A stretch of 64,000 bases of DNA from Terriglobia bacterium (lineage in GTDB: Bacteria; Acidobacteriota; Terriglobia; Acidiferrales; UBA7541), in NCBI GenBank assembly GCA_963695545.1, contig OY968796.1:608001-672000 (forward strand), in the 5' to 3' direction. This document shows positions 42,496 to 51,723 of this stretch, one piece after another; position 1 is the first letter of the stretch, and each line of letters starts with the position of its first letter. The notes beneath the pieces are model-generated. The model ran no database searches. It had not been told where the DNA came from and worked only from the letters and a program-made list of their open reading frames with translations. The position numbers and the translations under genes were made by a program.

Positions 42496-44031
42496 CTACT
42501 CCATCGGAACAAATTTCGCGGCGCAGGCCTGCACATCCGCATCGAGGCCCGCGCCGGAGGTCGCCGTCTGCCCAGTTACCGTGACGCCAGTGCCGCTGAA
42601 TTGCAGATTTGTGCCGCGTCCCGTGACCGTGATGTGGCTGAACTGACTGTGCACCTGAGCCGGCGTGATGCCGTTCACGATCACACCATCGAGCGTAACT
42701 TCGGTGATGTGATCCGCGTCCTTGCCCGCGATCAGCACGTCGCCCGCCGTCGTGTCCGTCACGTTCTGCAAAGTAATGGCCTTGTAATCGGGAATTAAAT
42801 TGCCAGTGATGCCAGGATCGGTGAATCCCTCGATCGTCTGATTATTGTAGAACGGGCTGATCGCAATCGGCACAGGCACATTGCGCATGCAAATATTGCG
42901 ATAGACAAGATCGTGCACGAGTCCGCCGCGCGCGGCATTGCTTTTAATGCGGATGCCGCTCGTGGTGTGATCCTCGGTTAACCCATCGACCAGCAGAAAA
43001 CTGTCGCCGGTATTCGTTTCACTGCCGATGGACATCCCATGCCCGCTGTAAAAATGATTGTCGAGCACGCTCATGTGCGTCACGCCGGTCTTGATGGCGA
43101 TGTTGTCGTCGCCGTTGTCGATCCAGCTTTTAGTGATCGTGATGTTTGTCGACGAGCCGGGATCGATGCCGTCGGTGTTGCGCGCGTCGGTGCCCGCCAC
43201 GGTCGGCGTCTGCAAATGCACGCCCCACGCCGTGAATCCGTTGGTTCCGCCCACCGAAACATGAAAGTTCGCCGAGTTGTGCAGCGTGATCCGGTACAAC
43301 ACGAATCCGTCGGCGTTCCGCGCCACAATCATGCGCTGGCTAAAGTAGCGCTGCTGCTTCGGCTCGGCCGCGCGCGCCATCTGCCACCAGGTGTAATCGT
43401 GTCCGACGATCACCGCGCCGCCGCGATCATCAATGATGCCGTCTCCCATAATCGCCGCATTCTTCACGTTCACAACCGCAATCAGCGGCTTGCAGAAACG
43501 CCCTTGCGGCATGGAGTTCGCGGTAGGAACGAACGACGCGCTGACAGCAGACATCGTGCCGCACAGCAGCGGTCCCGCACCGGACGGATCGGGATCAAAA
43601 TCTTTCGGATCGCGCGAAGCGTAGAGCGTGACGCCTTTGTCGACCAGCAACGTGACGCCGTCACGCAGTTCAATAGATCCAGTGAGAAAGGCATTGGGAA
43701 GCGGCGCTGCCCCACCCGGCGCGGCGGTCGGCGCGCCGAGCGCCAGTTCCACAGCTTCGCCGGGCTTGCAAGTGTCCAGCGCATTCTGAATGCGCGCCGT
43801 GTCGGTCGTGGTCTCGTATTCCGGCGGCAATATTTCCGCGTGGCCGAGTTTTTCGGCCGTGAGCACGACGCAAGTCGGCGGAATCGTGGGCTCGGTCACG
43901 GTCCGCGTATCCTGCCCGCGCAACGCCTGCGCGCCGAGCGCGAGCATAATCAGAACAACGACGCACCCAACGCAATGCCGCAACGTGGCGGCGCGGCGCG
44001 ATACGCCGCGAACAGAAAATGAACGGAACAT
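42496..44031 (-). CDS. Secreted GH28 polygalacturonase
   Basis: NTDGID, GDDNIAIK, GHGMSIGS, RIKS; AGGAGG RBS before MFRSF. Confidence 0.93.
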   Translation of the reverse strand: MFRSFSVRGVSRRAATLRHCVGCVVVLIMLALGAQALRGQDTRTVTEPTIPPTCVVLTAEKLGHAEILPPEYETTTDTARIQNALDTCKPGEAVELALGAPTAAPGGAAPLPNAFLTGSIELRDGVTLLVDKGVTLYASRDPKDFDPDPSGAGPLLCGTMSAVSASFVPTANSMPQGRFCKPLIAVVNVKNAAIMGDGIIDDRGGAVIVGHDYTWWQMARAAEPKQQRYFSQRMIVARNADGFVLYRITLHNSANFHVSVGGTNGFTAWGVHLQTPTVAGTDARNTDGIDPGSSTNITITKSWIDNGDDNIAIKTGVTHMSVLDNHFYSGHGMSIGSETNTGDSFLLVDGLTEDHTTSGIRIKSNAARGGLVHDLVYRNICMRNVPVPIAISPFYNNQTIEGFTDPGITGNLIPDYKAITLQNVTDTTAGDVLIAGKDADHITEVTLDGVIVNGITPAQVHSQFSHITVTGRGTNLQFSGTGVTVTGQTATSGAGLDADVQACAAKFVPME

Positions 44032-44267
44032 CGGACGCAGCCTCCTAGAGCTGCGGCGACAAGCTAACACACTTCGCCATGGCGCAAACCGAGCCGCACA
44101 AGAAGCGCGCGTCTACTGAGCGCCGCGTTGCGCAGAGCGCGTTGCTACCCGGACTGCGAGGAGCGCATCGCTTCACCGGGCGGCGCTTGCGCGCTCAGCG
44201 AGCTGGTCACCACTGCCAAGATCAGAAGCCAGGAGAGTTTTAGATTCCTTTTCACCGCAATTCTCCT

Positions 44268-45404
44268 TCAATTCTTAATTTCAGTCTGCAACGCCGGCTC
44301 GCCGGACTGCAAAATCACGTTGAAGCGCAGCCTGCCGAGCAGCGCTCCGCGCGGCGTCTCCACGTTCACGCGCCACGCCCCGGCTCTGATCTGGTTGGTC
44401 ATGGAAAACGTGCGGTAACCGCCGCCGCGCCCGCCGCTCAACGGCAACTCGATTCGATTCGTCGTGATCCAGCCGCGTTTTTCGTCGTAGGTCTGCCATA
44501 CGTGAACGATGTCCGTATGCAGCGACGTCGGAGAAAAAACCGCCGTGTACGCGTACACGGGCGCGCCCGCCACGCAGTGAAACTCGTCGGCACGCTTAAA
44601 ATATCCGAGCCAACTCGCCCGCTCGGATTGCACCACGTAATCGCCCTGCGCGTTGCGCGAGATCGAATGCTCCACGTCCGCGTCTCGCAGCGAAAGCGGA
44701 ATCGGCGGAATGAGATTCAGATAATACAAGATGTTGATCGCCAGGAAGATTCCCGCAACCGATATGAACAGCACTTTCCGCTCACGCGGATAGCTCACCG
44801 GCGCCGCGTGACGCAACACACGCAGAAAAAGCCGGAACAGCACGACGCTCAACGCGCCGCTCAAAAGAAAAATCAGCGGCCCCATTGTGTGCAGCACCAC
44901 CGGCACGATGAAAATCGCGAACGCAAATAGCGACAGAAAGAAAAAACTCGCCTGGAACTCCAGGCGCGCGTAATGCTTCTTCAGCGATTCATTTGCCAGA
45001 AACGCGGCCGCCAACAGAAGCAGAAACGGCCAGCTCGCCAGCAGGCTCCCGCTGCGGAAGTAAAACACCAGGAACGTGCTCAGCAGACCGCCGAACGAGA
45101 ATTGCAGCACGCCCACGATCCAGAGCGGAGTCTCGTGCGCGTCAGTCGCGTCGGAGGGTCCCGGCGTCCCGGGCGAAGCGAGCGCCGCGCTCGCCGCGCG
45201 GTTCGCAAGCACGATGCACGCGCCCGCGACGACCAGGTGAACGATCACCCACAAATTCTCCCAGAACATGTCGATGCGCTTCAGCGTCAGCGCGTCGAAC
45301 ACAAATCCGCCGAGAAGCGACAACGAAGAGAGCGGCCGCGCGATTCGGGTGTAACTGCTTCTCACATTCCCGAAAAATGTTCCGGTTAGATGTTCGGGGG
45401 GCAT
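44268..45404 (-). CDS. DUF2914-domain membrane protein
   Basis: Multiple TMs then IPPIPLSL, GGRGGGYRTFS, GAWRVNVET. Confidence 0.8.
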   Translation of the reverse strand: MPPEHLTGTFFGNVRSSYTRIARPLSSLSLLGGFVFDALTLKRIDMFWENLWVIVHLVVAGACIVLANRAASAALASPGTPGPSDATDAHETPLWIVGVLQFSFGGLLSTFLVFYFRSGSLLASWPFLLLLAAAFLANESLKKHYARLEFQASFFFLSLFAFAIFIVPVVLHTMGPLIFLLSGALSVVLFRLFLRVLRHAAPVSYPRERKVLFISVAGIFLAINILYYLNLIPPIPLSLRDADVEHSISRNAQGDYVVQSERASWLGYFKRADEFHCVAGAPVYAYTAVFSPTSLHTDIVHVWQTYDEKRGWITTNRIELPLSGGRGGGYRTFSMTNQIRAGAWRVNVETPRGALLGRLRFNVILQSGEPALQTEIKN

Positions 45405-45470
45405 TTTAATGGGCGTCGAAGCCGCGCGACCGGATCGCGCGCCGATTCTTCTCTCAGCTTCATTTCGTCA

Positions 45471-46235
45471 TCACGCTCGCGGGCCGAGCCGCGTCAATCC
45501 GCCGTCGACCAGAAGCATTTCCCCCGTCGTCGAACGCGCCTCGGCCACCAGATACAGCATTGCGTATGCTACGTCGTCCACCGTGGGCAGCCGTTGCAGC
45601 GGAATTCTCGTCAGTGCCTTCTCGTACATCTCCGCGGGCCAGTTCGCAAATTGCGTGCGCACGGATCCCGGCGCCACGGCATTCACGCGGATCTGCGGCG
45701 CGAGCGCCCTCGCAAGCGACATAGTCATCGTCGCTACGCCCGCCTTGGCCGCCGCGTACACGATCGAGCTTCCGCTTCCGGTGAGCGCCGCCACCGACGC
45801 ATTGTTCACGATCGACGAGCCTTCCTGCTTTCGCAGCAACGGCGCCGCTGCCCGCACACAATAGAAAACGCCGCGCAAATTCACGTCGAGCGTTTGGTCC
45901 CAGATATCGTCGGTCAGTTCATCCAACTTCTCATGCGCCACGCGATGCGTCCACCCCGCGTTGTTGATCAGCGCGTCAAGGCGTCCGAACTCCTCTTCCA
46001 CGCGCCGCATCATGGCGATCACTTCGGGTTCCTTCGCGACGCTGGCTTGAATCGCGATGGCCTTGCCGCCTTCGCTGCGAATCTGCGCGACAACTTCTTC
46101 GGCCTCATCGCGCGAGCGGCTGTAATTCACCGCCACGCCTGCACCTTCGCGCGCAAAGAGCACAGCCGCGGCGCGCCCCATGCCGGTCCCACCGCCTGTG
46201 ATCAACACAACTCGATCCTTAAGTCTCATTCCCAT
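45471..46235 (-). CDS. SDR-family oxidoreductase
   Basis: TGGGTGMG, NNAG, YAAAK. Confidence 0.95.
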   Translation of the reverse strand: MGMRLKDRVVLITGGGTGMGRAAAVLFAREGAGVAVNYSRSRDEAEEVVAQIRSEGGKAIAIQASVAKEPEVIAMMRRVEEEFGRLDALINNAGWTHRVAHEKLDELTDDIWDQTLDVNLRGVFYCVRAAAPLLRKQEGSSIVNNASVAALTGSGSSIVYAAAKAGVATMTMSLARALAPQIRVNAVAPGSVRTQFANWPAEMYEKALTRIPLQRLPTVDDVAYAMLYLVAEARSTTGEMLLVDGGLTRLGPRA

Positions 46236-46295
46236 GCCTCACCGTCGCTTCGAGTCCCACGATCTTCCGGCATTGCGTGTCAATTTAAAATTCCA

Positions 46296-47747
46296 TCAAT
46301 GGAGCTGATACGGCGTCGCGGGCGCGGGAATCGGATCGGGCAATTTGCCGGCGTCGATTTTCGCCGCGCCGGCAAGGCCAATTCCCGTTACGTTGTTGAT
46401 GTTCAGCAACGAACCCGTGAAGCCGGTGACTTTGACGTTGCTGATCACGGCATGCTTAATGTTCGCGAGGAAGATGCCCTTCGCGCAGGTGCCGGTGACA
46501 TTGGTGAGCGAAAAACCATCGAGCGGTTTCGCGGGAAGAATCGCGGTTCCATCAACCAGCACCGGAACATCCGCAACGCGAATATTCGAGAAGCGGAAAT
46601 TCTTGAGCGTCGGAATGCCTTCATCTCCCGGCACCGGAAACTCATCTTGAATGCCGCTATTGAGAATGTTGAAGCGCAGAAATCCACCGGTCATGCCGGA
46701 GACGTCGAGATCGTCGGCATAAATATCCTCGATGAATGCGCCGCGGCCGGGGCGGCTCTTGATGTAAATGGCAAAGGTTTTCGCGCCGGTAAATTTGCAA
46801 TGTTCGATGTGCACGCCGCGAATCCCGCCGGAGGTTTCGCTGCCGATGCCGATGCAGGCGTAGATCGCGTCAGCGAAGGTGCAATTGGTGATGCGCACGT
46901 CTTCGGTGGGGCGAAGAATCGTGTAGGCCTCTTCGCCGCGGCCGGATTTCAGCGAGATGCAATCGTCGCCGGTCGCGATGTCGCAGCCATCGATGAGCAC
47001 GTGCTTGCAGGAATCGATATCGATGCCGTCCCCATTGCCGCCGGTGCTGCGGATGGTGAGATTTTTGATCGTGACGTTTTCGCAGTACGTCGGATGGATC
47101 GACCACATCAATCGCATGCTGGTGGAGAAATCTTCCAGGCGAATATCGTCGCAGTTGATGAATTCAATCAAACAAGGATGGCGCAGCGGATTGTTAGTGT
47201 TCGGGCGACCTCCGAGCGCGGGATTGCCGATAATTTTTCCAGGTCCGACGATTCCGACGTTCTGCGAATCGATCGCTGAGATCAATCCGAGGTGGCCCTG
47301 AATCCAGTGCCCCTCCCAGCGCACTTGCGTAACGGGATAATCGGCGAAATCGGGCGTGCCGACGATGCTCGCGTCCTTGTCAAGCCGTAGCAGCGTGTTG
47401 CTGCGCAGCACGAGCGCGCCAGTGAAATAATTTCCGGCGGTCACCATCACTTCCCCGCCGCCAAGCACCGCGCAACGATCGATGGTTTGCTGGATCGCAG
47501 CCGTATCCTTATATAAGCCGTCGCCGGTCGCGCCAAAATCGCGGACGTTGAGCGTAACCTTCGGCTTCGGCGCAGCGGCCGAGGGCGCGGCATGCTGCGG
47601 CATCGCGGGCGCGGCCAGGGTGGCCGGTTTCTGCGTCTCCTGCGCGCGGCCAATTGCGCCGAGCGACGATAGTATCGGAGCCGCAAGCGCACCTTGCGCC
47701 GCCGTTTTCAAAAACTTTCTGCGCGCCAACAAATCATTCTTCATCAT
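46296..47747 (-). CDS. Tat-exported GH28 glycoside hydrolase
   Basis: ARRKFLK signal; FGATGDG, NGDGIDID, GDDCISLKSG, IGSE. Confidence 0.9.
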   Translation of the reverse strand: MMKNDLLARRKFLKTAAQGALAAPILSSLGAIGRAQETQKPATLAAPAMPQHAAPSAAAPKPKVTLNVRDFGATGDGLYKDTAAIQQTIDRCAVLGGGEVMVTAGNYFTGALVLRSNTLLRLDKDASIVGTPDFADYPVTQVRWEGHWIQGHLGLISAIDSQNVGIVGPGKIIGNPALGGRPNTNNPLRHPCLIEFINCDDIRLEDFSTSMRLMWSIHPTYCENVTIKNLTIRSTGGNGDGIDIDSCKHVLIDGCDIATGDDCISLKSGRGEEAYTILRPTEDVRITNCTFADAIYACIGIGSETSGGIRGVHIEHCKFTGAKTFAIYIKSRPGRGAFIEDIYADDLDVSGMTGGFLRFNILNSGIQDEFPVPGDEGIPTLKNFRFSNIRVADVPVLVDGTAILPAKPLDGFSLTNVTGTCAKGIFLANIKHAVISNVKVTGFTGSLLNINNVTGIGLAGAAKIDAGKLPDPIPAPATPYQLH

Positions 47748-47768
47748 TCCGTCTCCCATGGCCATTAC

Positions 47769-50021
47769 CTACGGCAATGCGATCGGCTGAACGTAGGCTC
47801 CGTTCCCGGCGGAATCCCACACCGTGAAGCGCACCCACTTCTTCCCGGTGGCATCGAAGGGAATGCTGAATTTCTTGGCGCCGAAGGGCAGCGTGTCCGT
47901 GAGATCGATAATTTTGCGGTCGACCGTGGTGCCGTCGCTCCAAACTAATTCCGCGAATTCAAGCGGGAACGTGTATTCGATCTCCGCGGTGTAAACGCGC
48001 TTGGCGCCCGTGCCCTCCACGCCCCAACTGTGGAAGAGCACTTCACCGGTAGTGCCGAAGAAGTTGCCGGCGCGAATGCCCTCCACGATCGGCGCCCAGC
48101 TTTCGTTGTACAGCGGCACGTGATCGAGCTTCAGATAATTCACGGCGAGCTGCGAGTACGTGTCGTCGTCGGGCCATTTCGTGTAGGTGTCGCCTTCGGC
48201 GATCAGGAACTTTGGCTTCGGCGCCCAGTTGCTTATGTCATCGCCAGCGCCAAAGCAGCGAACTTCGCACTCTTCCTTCTGCGATAAATCGACGGGCAAG
48301 GATTCCCACGACGCGCCGATGAAGCGATCGCTCACGAAAAAATCCTGATCCTTATACGCGTCGGGATAATCTTCGGAATTTTTCGTGCGCGGATGCGCGG
48401 TCCAGATGATGCCCTGCTCGCGATTCACCATGCTCAGAACGTCCGCGGCGGAGCCCAAGTGATAGACCGGTCCATAGGTCGGGTCGTTCTCCATGAAGGA
48501 TTGGCCGGCGGGGCGTGGATCCGCATGGGAAAAATAAATCGGCTTCGGCGTGAGCAAATACCAATGGCCGCCGAGGAATGAATTCACTTCTTCGGCGGGC
48601 ATCACCAGAAAATCCTTGTCCGAAACGCGCTGCGCGCCGTCGAAATAAACTTTTTCTTCCGCGAAGCGCACGGGCCCCGGATCGTTCGGATGCGAATCGT
48701 CGTGGAAATCGCCGAGATAGAGAATGTTCACGCCGAGGCCGCGGAACACGGCCACCCACGGCGGTTGATAATCGAGGCTGCCGCGATCGCGCAGCATCTC
48801 GTTGAAATCGAGATGAAAATGGCCGGAAACGACTTTGAATCCGGGCACCGGTTTGAAGACGTCGCCGTGCGTATAGGCCAGCACGGCCTTCTGTGTGGCG
48901 TCGGCGCGCGTGGCGCTCAAATAATAATAGACGGCCATGTGCTGCATGGTTCCCGGCGGCGCGTTGTAGAGCGCCCAATTTTCGGTTTCGGAGCGCGACA
49001 CGCCTACGCGCCGCGCCCAAACTGCGTCGGAAACGCCCCACGGATGATACCCCTCGGTTTTTTCCGGCATCATCACGCCGAGCGAGAAGGCGCTTTCGGT
49101 GTCCTTGCGGTAGTAAACGAATCCGAGATTCACGTCGTTCTCGCGCGCAAAGAAAAATTTGTGCGGCGGCGGGAAAACTGCCAGCGAGCCGCCGCCCGCA
49201 GCATCCAGGATTTCAAGATTATCGCGCGCGCGCACGTTCACCGGATCCGTGTTCGTCGCGCCGCCGAATGCATATTGCTGCCATTGCCGCGCGGTGTCGC
49301 GCCACTCGACGCGCGTCGCGCTACCGATCGCAAATCCTTTCAGGCCGGCTTTGTATATGTAGGCCACCGAAGGCTCGTCGGTTTTCGCGATGGCTTCCTG
49401 GCGCAGCAGATTCGATCCTTTGTACACGGTGAATTGCACGTGGCCAGAGAAAATTCCCAGCGTCATTCCGCCGAACCTTACGCTGACGCGGTCGCCGTCG
49501 GTCGAAAGCTTGCAAGTGTCCGTGTGAAACTCGGCCGACGCGCGCTGAATTTCTTCGGGCTTGCGCGGCAGATCGGTCGTGTCGCCGCCAGGATCGCCGG
49601 GGACGACCAGCGGAGCATCCCAAAACGTATTCCATTTGTCCGCGTCGATCCGCTCCGGCGTATCCAGATGAAATTGCTTCAAAATTTGCAATTGTTTATT
49701 GGAGATGCGCCGCTTCCCGGTGGTCACTTGGAACTCGGGCGAGAGATTTTTGCCCAGGACGACCCACGCGCCGCCCTTCGCTTGCGCCGCGAGCTCTCGC
49801 ACCACGGGCTGCCCATCGCGAATCGTGAATTGCGCGCGCAACTGCGCCCCCGCTTCGCCCTGCCACGTCAGCGTGACCACGCCCGCATTCGTCGTCGCCG
49901 TAATGCCATCTACAGCCTTGTAATCGTGGAGATCGCATGTCTGCGCGTTTGCCGGCGTGGGCGCGGCCGCGGTGGCGCCGCACAAAAGTGTCAGGCTCAG
50001 CGCTAGGGTGGAGAATTTCAT
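47769..50021 (-). CDS. Large secreted hypothetical protein with a PHP-like metal-binding C-terminal domain
   Basis: Signal peptide MKFSTLAL..; HFH, DFH, EE, GGHW, AHP, EGD motifs in PHP-like order. Family call tentative. Confidence 0.7.
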   Translation of the reverse strand: MKFSTLALSLTLLCGATAAAPTPANAQTCDLHDYKAVDGITATTNAGVVTLTWQGEAGAQLRAQFTIRDGQPVVRELAAQAKGGAWVVLGKNLSPEFQVTTGKRRISNKQLQILKQFHLDTPERIDADKWNTFWDAPLVVPGDPGGDTTDLPRKPEEIQRASAEFHTDTCKLSTDGDRVSVRFGGMTLGIFSGHVQFTVYKGSNLLRQEAIAKTDEPSVAYIYKAGLKGFAIGSATRVEWRDTARQWQQYAFGGATNTDPVNVRARDNLEILDAAGGGSLAVFPPPHKFFFARENDVNLGFVYYRKDTESAFSLGVMMPEKTEGYHPWGVSDAVWARRVGVSRSETENWALYNAPPGTMQHMAVYYYLSATRADATQKAVLAYTHGDVFKPVPGFKVVSGHFHLDFNEMLRDRGSLDYQPPWVAVFRGLGVNILYLGDFHDDSHPNDPGPVRFAEEKVYFDGAQRVSDKDFLVMPAEEVNSFLGGHWYLLTPKPIYFSHADPRPAGQSFMENDPTYGPVYHLGSAADVLSMVNREQGIIWTAHPRTKNSEDYPDAYKDQDFFVSDRFIGASWESLPVDLSQKEECEVRCFGAGDDISNWAPKPKFLIAEGDTYTKWPDDDTYSQLAVNYLKLDHVPLYNESWAPIVEGIRAGNFFGTTGEVLFHSWGVEGTGAKRVYTAEIEYTFPLEFAELVWSDGTTVDRKIIDLTDTLPFGAKKFSIPFDATGKKWVRFTVWDSAGNGAYVQPIALP

Positions 50022-50199
50022 ATCGCTCGCTCCTCGCAACGTGGCGCGGTTGATGGGCCGATTCGGCCCCAGAGTATACCGCGTCGCGCGGGCCGCCATA
50101 ATGCGTGGCGAGTGGCGAGTGACGCGACGGTGCGGCGCGGTCCGAAGCGGGCGTCAGCGGGAGCGCGGCCCGCCAACGCGAACGTCGAATTTGATGTTT

Positions 50200-50760
50200 T
50201 TCATTCACCATTCATAAGGCCTTCACTGTATTGCGGCGTCTTATGCAGCGTGGTCAAATCCATCGACCGGCCGGGGAACCGGATGGCGACACAGGAACGA
50301 GGAGACCGGGACATGTCTGAAATGGCTGAACCGCTTCCAACGAACGATCCAATCGAACTCCCTACACAAGATCAAATCGGACGAAGAGCCGACGGAATCC
50401 ATCTGGAGCGCGGCGGGCTCGATGGCGATGCAATCGCGGATCGCTCGGTCGCCAAGCAAGAATTGAAGGAACCCGCTGAAGACCTGTTCGAAATGGCTCG
50501 TCGCCGCTTTTTCACTCCACGTTCATAAAGCCTTCACTGTATTGCGGCATCTTATCCAGGGTGGTCAAATCCACCGACCGCCCGGGGATCCGGGCGGGAA
50601 CCTGCGAACGAGGTGAACGGGCATGTCCGAAAGCATCGAAACATATCCAACGCAAGAGCAAATCGAACGGCGGGCTTACGAACTTTATCTGCAGCGCGGC
50701 GGGCAGGATGGCGGCGACGTCAACGATTGGTTGGTGGCCGAACGAGAATTGAACGACTTG
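50200..50760 (+). repeat. Tandem duplication (~311-bp period) of a promoter plus DUF2934 gene
   Basis: TTCATAA(G/A)GCCTTCACTGTATTGCGGC..TGGTCAAATCCA at 50211 and 50522. Confidence 0.88.
50313..50528 (+). CDS. Degenerate DUF2934 protein, possibly a pseudogene
   Basis: PTQDQIGRRADGIHLERGG..DRSVAKQEL; lacks the conserved Y and W; GAGGAG RBS. Confidence 0.55.
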   Translation: MSEMAEPLPTNDPIELPTQDQIGRRADGIHLERGGLDGDAIADRSVAKQELKEPAEDLFEMARRRFFTPRS

Positions 50761-50919
50761 GTTCAACGACCGATCGATTCGCCGGCCGCTGACGCGCAGG
50801 ATTTGGCGCAGGCCGCGAACGGCGCGGCGGACGGGCAGCAGGTGGCAGACGCGGACAAAATGCTCGAGGATATGTACGCCCGCAGCAGGGCGATCGCGGC
50901 GGGCGCAGGAAGCGACTAA
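50623..50919 (+). CDS. DUF2934 domain protein
   Basis: EQIERRAYELYLQRGG..DWLVAEREL. Confidence 0.88.
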   Translation: MSESIETYPTQEQIERRAYELYLQRGGQDGGDVNDWLVAERELNDLVQRPIDSPAADAQDLAQAANGAADGQQVADADKMLEDMYARSRAIAAGAGSD

Positions 50920-50924
50920 GAGAG

Positions 50925-51028
50925 AGTCAAGAACCGCACCGTTGAAGACGAAGGGTGCGACGCGCGGGAAAAGGCTACGTCAAAAACCCCACGATCTCCC
51001 GACAGATCAGGGCGAACATGGCGCACCC
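50925..51028 (-). repeat. Two REP-like hairpins of family C
   Basis: Reverse complements end in GGTTCTTGACT and GGTTTTTGAC; the 50979-51028 copy begins GGGTGC. Confidence 0.6.
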
Positions 51029-51055
51029 AGAGGCGACGCGGAGATTCCTCGCTCC

Positions 51056-51280
51056 TTACGCTTCTTTGCTCGTAAGGTGCCAGGCGCCGCAATAGAGGCA
51101 TTTGTAGGTGCTGAGGTGAGCGGGGGCTCTCTCTTCGGACAGTATGTGGGCGGCGGCAGCGTTCGCTTCGGCTTCGTCGGCGTACATGCGTTTGCCCGAC
51201 GTGAGGCAGATTTTGGGTTGGTCCCACGGGACGGCGCCGGCGTCGCGGGAGAGATTCGGATTACGTCGGCGCCCAGGCAT
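51056..51280 (-). CDS. Small hypothetical protein with a putative Zn site
   Basis: AAAGAGG RBS; C..SGKRMY..YKCLYCGAWHLTS. Confidence 0.7.
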   Translation of the reverse strand: MPGRRRNPNLSRDAGAVPWDQPKICLTSGKRMYADEAEANAAAAHILSEERAPAHLSTYKCLYCGAWHLTSKEA

Positions 51281-51327
51281 CGGAACCTCTTTTGGCTGCA
51301 CGCTCGTCACGCCGGGAAAAATCGAGG

Positions 51328-51442
51328 AGAGATGCCTCCCTCCTTCGCCAAAGCTGCGGCGGGCAGGCGTCGCTGCGCTCCTCAGGATGACCACGAGGAA
51401 GGAAGGCCAGACTAAAGATGAAGGCCCGAAGGCCTCCGCTAC
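51328..51442. repeat. Cluster of REP-like elements including an inverted family A copy
   Basis: TCGCTGCGCTCCTCAGGATGAC; 51422-51442 is the reverse complement of CGTAGCGGAGGCCTTCGGGCCT. Confidence 0.6.
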
Positions 51443-51447
51443 GAACG

Positions 51448-51723
51448 CTAGCCGCCGGCGATTGAGGGGACCAGCAAAACTTTGTCGCCTTCCTGAAATT
51501 TGTAGGCCTCGCCGCCGAGGAAGCGGATATCTTCGTCGTTCACGTAGATATTGAGGAAGGGGCGGATTTGGCCCGCGTCGTCGCGCAGATGGCGAGCCAT
51601 TCCGGGGAAGCGCCCTTCGAGCTCCGCGAAAAGCTCGTTGAGCGTCGCGGCGGAGCAATCGAGCTGCGCCACGCCGTCTGTGAAGCGGCGCAGCGGCGTG
51701 GGGATTTCGACCGAAACGCTCAT
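51448..51723 (-). CDS. MoaD/ThiS-family sulfur carrier protein
   Basis: IPTPLR..NIYVNDEDIRFL..PSIAGG with C-terminal GG. Confidence 0.93.
   Translation of the reverse strand: MSVSVEIPTPLRRFTDGVAQLDCSAATLNELFAELEGRFPGMARHLRDDAGQIRPFLNIYVNDEDIRFLGGEAYKFQEGDKVLLVPSIAGG

Noticed and set aside
45390..47279. 629-aa plus-strand ORF and similar long antisense ORFs (11776-13341, 40421-42070)
   Set aside because: Opposite well-supported genes; no recognisable motifs.
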